This document shows, one piece after another, positions 17,545 through 23,566 of a stretch of DNA of 23,566 bases. Source of the stretch: Candidatus Fervidifonticultor secundus (lineage in GTDB: Bacteria > Sysuimicrobiota > Sysuimicrobiia > Sysuimicrobiales > Humicultoraceae); contig JAVKIP010000031.1 of assembly GCA_031459385.1 (NCBI GenBank), positions 1 through 23,566 on the forward strand, in the 5' to 3' direction. A program made the translations under genes and the position numbers. Every line of letters begins with the position of its first letter. The first letter of the stretch is position 1. The notes under the pieces were generated by a model. The model saw only the letters and a list, made by a program, of their open reading frames with translations, searched no databases and had not been told where the DNA came from.

Positions 17545-18537
17545 TCAGAGCCTCACCGGCACGAACTCCGCCGTGTAGTGGTCCGATAGCGGCCAGCGCA
17601 CCGTGAGGACGCCCAGCTCCAGCAACGTGTCCTGCATGAACTTCATCGCGTCGACGTCGAAGCGACCGTCGATGGACCACAGCGGCCGGGTGTTCTCGTA
17701 GGCCCGGCGCGTCGCGGGCTCGGGCCATCCGATGCCGCGGGCGGCGATCCGGATCGTCTCGTCGGCGTTGTCGCGGCAGAACCGCTGGGCCCTGAAGTAG
17801 CCGCGCAGCACCTTGCGCAGGTCTTCCTTGCGCTTGCGGATCACGTCGCTGGTGGCGTAGGCCACCTCGCTGATCCACTTGGGCGTGACCTCGTCCAGGC
17901 GCAGGATGATCTTGCCGACGCCCAGGTGCTCGGCCAGGGCCCCGGCGTCGCCGAAGATGAACGCCTGGACCTCGCCCCGCCGCAGGGCCGCCATCTGCGC
18001 GTCGAGCCCGCCCAGGCCCACGATGCGGACGTCGCGCACCGGGTCCCACCCCTGCTGCTTGGCCAGCAGCCGCGCGAACACCCACGTGGTGGCGCCCACG
18101 GCGGTGACGCCGATGGACTTGCCCCGCAGGTCGGCCACGCGGCCGATGCCCGGCGCGCCGATGAGCGTGAAGTGGTTCTTCTCGGTGATGACCGCCACGG
18201 CGCGGATGGGCGCGCCCTGGGCGCGGAAGACCAGGGGGTCGGTGGCGCCGGTCAGCCCGAGGTCGGCGGTGCCGGCCAGCACGCCGCGCAGCAGCGGGGG
18301 CCCGCCGGTGAACGTCACCACCTCGGGCGCGATGCCTTCCTCGCGGAAGAAGCCTCTCTCGACGCCGACCAGCACCGGTGCCATGATGGCCAGATCACCC
18401 AGCACGACCGGGCCCAGCTTGAACGGCACCGTTTGCTGGCCCCACGCCACACCGATCCGCAGCGCCGGTACCACCGCGCCCGCCGCCAGCGTGCTCACCG
18501 CTCCCTGCAGGAACCGTCGTCGCGTCACTGTCGCCAT
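17545..18537 (-). CDS. ABC transporter substrate-binding protein, NitT/TauT (SsuA/THI5-like), Tat signal
   Basis: Twin-arginine signal TRRRFLQG, plus GFFREEGI, DLRGKSIGVT and AALRRGEVQA. Confidence 0.9.
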   Translation of the reverse strand: MATVTRRRFLQGAVSTLAAGAVVPALRIGVAWGQQTVPFKLGPVVLGDLAIMAPVLVGVERGFFREEGIAPEVVTFTGGPPLLRGVLAGTADLGLTGATDPLVFRAQGAPIRAVAVITEKNHFTLIGAPGIGRVADLRGKSIGVTAVGATTWVFARLLAKQQGWDPVRDVRIVGLGGLDAQMAALRRGEVQAFIFGDAGALAEHLGVGKIILRLDEVTPKWISEVAYATSDVIRKRKEDLRKVLRGYFRAQRFCRDNADETIRIAARGIGWPEPATRRAYENTRPLWSIDGRFDVDAMKFMQDTLLELGVLTVRWPLSDHYTAEFVPVRL

Positions 18538-18559
18538 GCCGCTCCCCCCTTGTGTGGAT

Positions 18560-19294
18560 TCAGCGCCACGCCCCGAGCCGTCGGTTCAGGTGGTCGAGCC
18601 CGAGCACGGCCGCGATGGAGAACACCGAGATCAGCGCCGTGGCCGCCAACAGCGCTGCCGCGTTGAACGCCAGCGCGAGCTGCTGCATGAGGAAGCCCAT
18701 GCCGCGGATGCCGGCGAACATCTCGGTGAGCAGCGCGCCCACGAAGGCGAACACGGCTCCCACCCGCATGCCGGCCAGGATCGCCGGCAGGGCCGCAGGC
18801 ACCACCACCTTCACGTACACCTGCCAGCGGGAGGCGCCCATGGACGTGGCCACCACCAGCCACAGCGGCTCCACGTCGCGCACCCCGCCGGTGACCTGGA
18901 CGACGATGGGGAAGACGGCGAACAGGGCCGCCCCCAGCATCGCCGCGGGCGGGCGTACGCCCAGGCTCAGGACGATCCACGGGACCAGCAGGATCTTGGG
19001 CAGGCTGTAGGCCGCGACCAGATAGGGCATGACGACCTCCCGCAGCGTCCGCGCCGACCCCAGGACCAAGCCCAGCACCACGCCGATCGTCACAGCCGCG
19101 GCGTACCCGGCCAGTGTCTTCAGCAGCGTCTCGCCCAGACGGGGGAGTGCCTGCAGGCTCACCGGCCCCAGCGCCGCGGCCACCGCGCTGGGCGGCGGCA
19201 CGAAGAGCGGGTCTACCAGTCCCCGGCGGCTGGCCAGCTCCCACCCCAGGCCGAGCAGCGCCAGCGTGGTCGCCTGGACCAGGCGGATCTTCAC
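18560..19294 (-). CDS. ABC transporter permease (NitT/TauT family)
   Basis: GTG start overlapping the upstream TGA (GTGA). FVPPPSAV, LPKILLVP and EAA-like VATSMGASRWQVYVKVVVPAALP. Confidence 0.9.
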   Translation of the reverse strand: MKIRLVQATTLALLGLGWELASRRGLVDPLFVPPPSAVAAALGPVSLQALPRLGETLLKTLAGYAAAVTIGVVLGLVLGSARTLREVVMPYLVAAYSLPKILLVPWIVLSLGVRPPAAMLGAALFAVFPIVVQVTGGVRDVEPLWLVVATSMGASRWQVYVKVVVPAALPAILAGMRVGAVFAFVGALLTEMFAGIRGMGFLMQQLALAFNAAALLAATALISVFSIAAVLGLDHLNRRLGAWR

Positions 19295-20037
19295 TCGCTC
19301 CACCGGCGCACCCGGGCCTCCACCCGCCCCGCGGCCGCGTCGACGACCAGGGCCACCGCAGCCATCAACGCCGCCAGTGCCACGTACTCGGGCGTGCGGA
19401 GCAGGTTGTAGACATGGTTGATCATGAAGCCCACCCCGGCCCGCGAGCCCAGCAGTTCGCCCGCCAGCACACCCACGGTGCACAGCGCCAGACCCGAGCG
19501 CAGCCCGCTGGCGAGCGTGCCCGCCATGGCCGGCAGCAGCACTTTCCAGTAGATCGTCCACCGGCCCGCGCCCATGGCCCGCGCCACCGTCACCAGGTGC
19601 GGGTCGACCTGCTGTACGCCGGCCAGCACCGCCAGCACGATGGGGAAGAACCCCAGCAGGAAGCCGAATGCCACCTTGGAGGCGGTGCCCAGCCCGAAGA
19701 GCAACATCAGCGACGGGTACCAGACCACGCTGGGGACCGCGTAGAGGCCGGCCACGACCGGCTCGTACGCCCGCGCGAGCACGCGCCAGAAGCCCATCGC
19801 GAACCCCAGTCCCAACCCGGCCGCCACCGCCAGGGCGTAAGCCGCCGCGACCGTCTGCAGCGTGATGGCCAGGTGCTCTCCCAGCGGCGGGAGCAGCGGA
19901 TCGCGCAGCAACCGTACGAACGCGCCCGGCAGGGTCGATGGCGCGACGTAGAGCACGGGGTCCAGCGGACGCGCCACCGCCTCCCACGCGGCCAGCACGC
20001 CCGCCAGGAACGCGACGCGCCAGGCCGCCACTCTCAT
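19291..20037 (-). CDS. ABC transporter permease (NitT/TauT family)
   Basis: ATG 20037 overlaps the ATPase stop (ATGA). VPSVVWYP, VARAMGAGRWTIYWKVLLP and GELLGSRAGVG. Confidence 0.9.
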   Translation of the reverse strand: MRVAAWRVAFLAGVLAAWEAVARPLDPVLYVAPSTLPGAFVRLLRDPLLPPLGEHLAITLQTVAAAYALAVAAGLGLGFAMGFWRVLARAYEPVVAGLYAVPSVVWYPSLMLLFGLGTASKVAFGFLLGFFPIVLAVLAGVQQVDPHLVTVARAMGAGRWTIYWKVLLPAMAGTLASGLRSGLALCTVGVLAGELLGSRAGVGFMINHVYNLLRTPEYVALAALMAAVALVVDAAAGRVEARVRRWSE

Positions 20038-20816
20038 GATCCGTTTTGGGCCATGGCCCGCAGCGACTCTTCCCTGATCTGCTGCCACAGCCGCGCCCGC
20101 AGGGCCGCGGCCTCGGGCGTGTTGAGGTCGCGAGGGAACGGCAGGGGCACCGGCACGATGTCCTTGACGCGGCCGGGGCGCGCCGTCATGACCACGATCC
20201 GGTCGGACAGAGCGATGGCTTCCTGAATGCTGTGGGTCACGAAGACGATAGTCTTGCGGGCCTGCGCCCGGATCTCCCCGAGCCACTCGCCCATCAGCAG
20301 CCGCGTCTGCTCGTCGAGCGCCCCGAACGGTTCGTCCATGAGCAGGATCGGGCTGCCCAACGCCAGCGCCCGGGCGATCGCTACCCGCTGGCGCATGCCG
20401 CCCGAGAGCTCGCGGGGGTACTTGCGCTCGAACCCGGCCAGCCCCACCGACTCCAGCAGCCGGCGGGCCAGCGCCTCTCGCTCCCGCGGGGGTACCCCCA
20501 GCAGTTCCGGGCCGAAGCAGACGTTGTACAGCGCAGTGCGCCACGGGAACAGCCCAGGGTCCTGGAACACCATGGCCACCAGCCTGGGGTCCGGTCCCCG
20601 GAGCACCGTGCCATTGATGGTGATGGTCCCGGCATCGGGTGCCAGCAGGCCGCCAAGCATGGCCAGCACTGTGGACTTGCCGCACCCGCTGGGCCCGAGG
20701 ACGGTCAGGAACTCCTGCTCGCCCACTGAGAGCGTAATGTCCTCCACGGCGCGCACCGGTCCGGTGGCGGTGGTGTACGTCTTGGTGACGCCCCGCAGGA
20801 CGATGTGCTCGCCCAT
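20034..20816 (-). CDS. ABC transporter ATP-binding protein (NitT/TauT family)
   Basis: Walker A GPSGCGKS, signature LSGGMRQR, Walker B LLMDEPFGALD and H-loop VTH. Confidence 0.96.
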   Translation of the reverse strand: MGEHIVLRGVTKTYTTATGPVRAVEDITLSVGEQEFLTVLGPSGCGKSTVLAMLGGLLAPDAGTITINGTVLRGPDPRLVAMVFQDPGLFPWRTALYNVCFGPELLGVPPREREALARRLLESVGLAGFERKYPRELSGGMRQRVAIARALALGSPILLMDEPFGALDEQTRLLMGEWLGEIRAQARKTIVFVTHSIQEAIALSDRIVVMTARPGRVKDIVPVPLPFPRDLNTPEAAALRARLWQQIREESLRAMAQNGS

Positions 20817-20889
20817 AACCCCCCGGCACGCGTCGGCTGGCGTTCTTGATTCCGCGCGCGAGGTAGTACCCCTGCCGGTGCGCGCCGGG

Positions 20890-22641
20890 TTACGGGGTCG
20901 GGACGTCCCGGGACACCGGCTGCTCCAGCGCCGGCCGGTAGGCGTTCGTGATGGGCAGCCGCCGGTCGCGGCCGAACGCCTTGGGCGTGATCTTCACCCC
21001 GGGTGGCGCCTGGCGGCGTTTGTACTCGCTGCGGTCCACCAGGTGCACGACGCGCGCCACCGTGGCAGCGTCGAACCCGCGCGAGACGATCTCCTCGGGC
21101 GGCACGTCCTCCTCCACGTAGAGGCGCAGGATCGGGTCCAGCACCTCGTAGGGCGGCAGGCTGTCGGTGTCCTTCTGGCCGGGGCGGAGCTCCGCAGTCG
21201 GCGCCCGCTCGAGGATCCCCTGGGGGATGACGGCCCCGCGGCTGTTGCGCCACCGGGCTAGGTCGTAGACGAGGGTCTTGGGCACGTCCTTGATGAGGGC
21301 GAAGCCGCCGGCCATGTCCCCGTAGAGCGTGGCGTAGCCGCAGGAGTACTCGCTCTTGTTGCCGGTGGCCAGGAGCAGCCAGCCGAACTTGTTGGACAGC
21401 GCCATGAGCAGGGCACCCCGGATGCGGGCCTGGATGTTCTCCTCCGCCACGTCCGCGGGCCGGCCGGCAAAGGCCGGGGCCAGCGCCCGGAGAAAGGCGT
21501 CGAAGATCCCGCCGATCCCGACCTCGAGCATCTGCAGGCCGAGGTTCGCTGCCACCTGGCCGGCCAGGTCGCGGCTCTCCCGGGAGGTGTAGGGCGACGG
21601 CAGGAAGGCCACGTGGACGCGGTCGGGCCCCAGGGCGTCTGTGGCGATGGTGGCCACCAGCGCGGAGTCGATGCCGCCGGAGAGGCCCACGACGACGTCG
21701 GTGAAGCCGTTCTTGCGGACGTAGTCGCGCAGGCCCAGCGCCAGGGCCGCGTAGATCTCCTCGAGGGGCGGCAGGGGCTCGACGAGGTGCGCCGGCAGCG
21801 GGGGGCGACCCGCCGGTGCGCGGAGGTCGAGCGGTACCACCGGCGTGGGCAGCACCGTCTCGTCGGGCTCGCCGGCCCGGCGCAGCGCCTGCTGCTGGCG
21901 GGCCCGCCGCACCGCATCGAGGTCCAGGTCGCAGACGAGCAACTCCTCTTCGAACTGGGCCGCCCGTGCCCGCACCGCGCCGGTGTGATCGAGCACCACG
22001 CTGGCGCCGTCGAAGACCAGTTCGTCCTGCCCGCCGACCAGGTTGACGTAGGCGATGGCCGCGCAGTAGTCCCGGGCGCGTGTGCGCAGCATCTGCTCGC
22101 GCTCCCGCCACTTCCCTGCATGGTAGGGGGAGGCGTTGATGTTGACGACCACCAGGGCGCCGCCCCGTGCCACCGCCTGCGGGGGTCCCCCGGGGAACCA
22201 GATGTCCTCGCAGATCGTGACCCCGACCGGCGCGCCGGGCAGCGCGAAGACCGGACAGTCGCCGCCGGGGTGGAAGTAGCGCTTCTCGTCGAAGACGCCG
22301 TAGTTCGGCAGCCGGTGCTTGTAGTAGAGGCCCGCGCGCCGGCCGTCGGCGAACACGACCGCAGCATTGAACAGTCGCTGGCCGCCGTCCACGAAGCCGA
22401 CGACGGCCACGAGCCCCCGGGTGCAGGGCGCGATGCGCTCGAGCGCGGCGCGGTTGGCCCGCACGAAGTCCGGCCGCAGCAGCAGGTCTTCGGGCGGGTA
22501 GCCGGTGACGGCCAGTTCCGGGAAGGCTACCAGATCGACGCCCAGGTCGCGCGCGCGCGCCAGCGCGTCGCAGACGCGCCGGGTGTTCCCGTCGATGTCG
22601 CCGACCACGGTATTGATCTGCGCCAGCCCGATGCGCAGCAT
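20890..22641 (-). CDS. nadE: Glutamine-dependent NAD+ synthetase
   Basis: Nitrilase domain (FPEL, YKHRLPNYGVFDEKRYF, ICEDIW) plus synthetase domain (GLSGGIDS, ENIQARIRG, TGNKSE, GYATLYGD, PTAELRPGQKD). GGGAGG SD before ATG 22641. Confidence 0.97.
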   Translation of the reverse strand: MLRIGLAQINTVVGDIDGNTRRVCDALARARDLGVDLVAFPELAVTGYPPEDLLLRPDFVRANRAALERIAPCTRGLVAVVGFVDGGQRLFNAAVVFADGRRAGLYYKHRLPNYGVFDEKRYFHPGGDCPVFALPGAPVGVTICEDIWFPGGPPQAVARGGALVVVNINASPYHAGKWREREQMLRTRARDYCAAIAYVNLVGGQDELVFDGASVVLDHTGAVRARAAQFEEELLVCDLDLDAVRRARQQQALRRAGEPDETVLPTPVVPLDLRAPAGRPPLPAHLVEPLPPLEEIYAALALGLRDYVRKNGFTDVVVGLSGGIDSALVATIATDALGPDRVHVAFLPSPYTSRESRDLAGQVAANLGLQMLEVGIGGIFDAFLRALAPAFAGRPADVAEENIQARIRGALLMALSNKFGWLLLATGNKSEYSCGYATLYGDMAGGFALIKDVPKTLVYDLARWRNSRGAVIPQGILERAPTAELRPGQKDTDSLPPYEVLDPILRLYVEEDVPPEEIVSRGFDAATVARVVHLVDRSEYKRRQAPPGVKITPKAFGRDRRLPITNAYRPALEQPVSRDVPTP

Positions 22642-22693
22642 CCTGCGACCTCCCGGGTGCCCTCGCCGGCCGTCGCCGGCCCGCCTCCGCCCG

Positions 22694-22721
22694 ATTATAC
22701 TCCCGCCGGTGCAGCTGGCAC
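22694..22721 (-). promoter_or_regulatory. Sigma70-type promoter for nadE
   Basis: Perfect TATAAT (22694-22699, minus strand) with GTGCCA 16 nt upstream, immediately downstream of the groEL hairpin. Confidence 0.6.
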
Positions 22722-22722
22722 G

Positions 22723-22754
22723 CGAAGGCCCCGGAGCGGACTCCGGGGCCTTCG
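22723..22754 (-). terminator. groEL terminator-like hairpin
   Basis: CGAAGGCCCCGGAG / 4-nt loop / CTCCGGGGCCTTCG: perfect 14-bp stem 26 nt after the groEL stop. No U-tract. Confidence 0.7.
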
Positions 22755-22780
22755 GGATCCGCCGGGAGGCGCGCAGCCGG

Positions 22781-23566
<786 letters not shown>

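Noticed and set aside
16697..20829. Apparent long or fused ORFs 16697-18085, 18560-19987 and 19291-20829
   Set aside because: The upstream parts are stop-free off-frames of neighbouring genes. Starts at 17539, 19294 and 20037 give normal-sized proteins that abut or overlap the upstream stop codons.

Overview
High-GC bacterial chromosomal window, almost fully coding, with no CRISPR array, integrase or transposase seen. Order: (1) 1-8981 (+), a Tad/Flp (type IVc) pilus operon: 3' end of flp, tadE, cpaB, Cys-rich tadG-like gene, cpaE, cpaF, tadB, tadC, BON-domain secretin cpaC/rcpA and a DUF192 gene. The secretin implies a diderm envelope. (2) 9058-10671, a hypothetical membrane protein (-) preceded by an unexplained multi-stem, tRNA-shaped RNA element, then tRNA-His(GUG) (+), a minus-strand promoter/SD/ORF unit running antisense across the tRNA, and a stand-alone type IVa-like pilin (+). 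(3) 10726-12006, a secreted thermitase-like subtilase (-). (4) 12174-20816, a probable aromatic/indole catabolic island: fused indolepyruvate:ferredoxin oxidoreductase and an isatin-hydrolase-like cyclase with a signal peptide (+), converging on a NitT/TauT-type ABC importer and an alpha/beta-hydrolase with Gly at the nucleophile position (-). (5) 20890-23566, glutamine-dependent nadE and the 3' part of groEL (-). The best novelty candidates are the catabolic island and the structured non-coding region around tRNA-His. All family calls come from motif recognition by eye; no database search was run.
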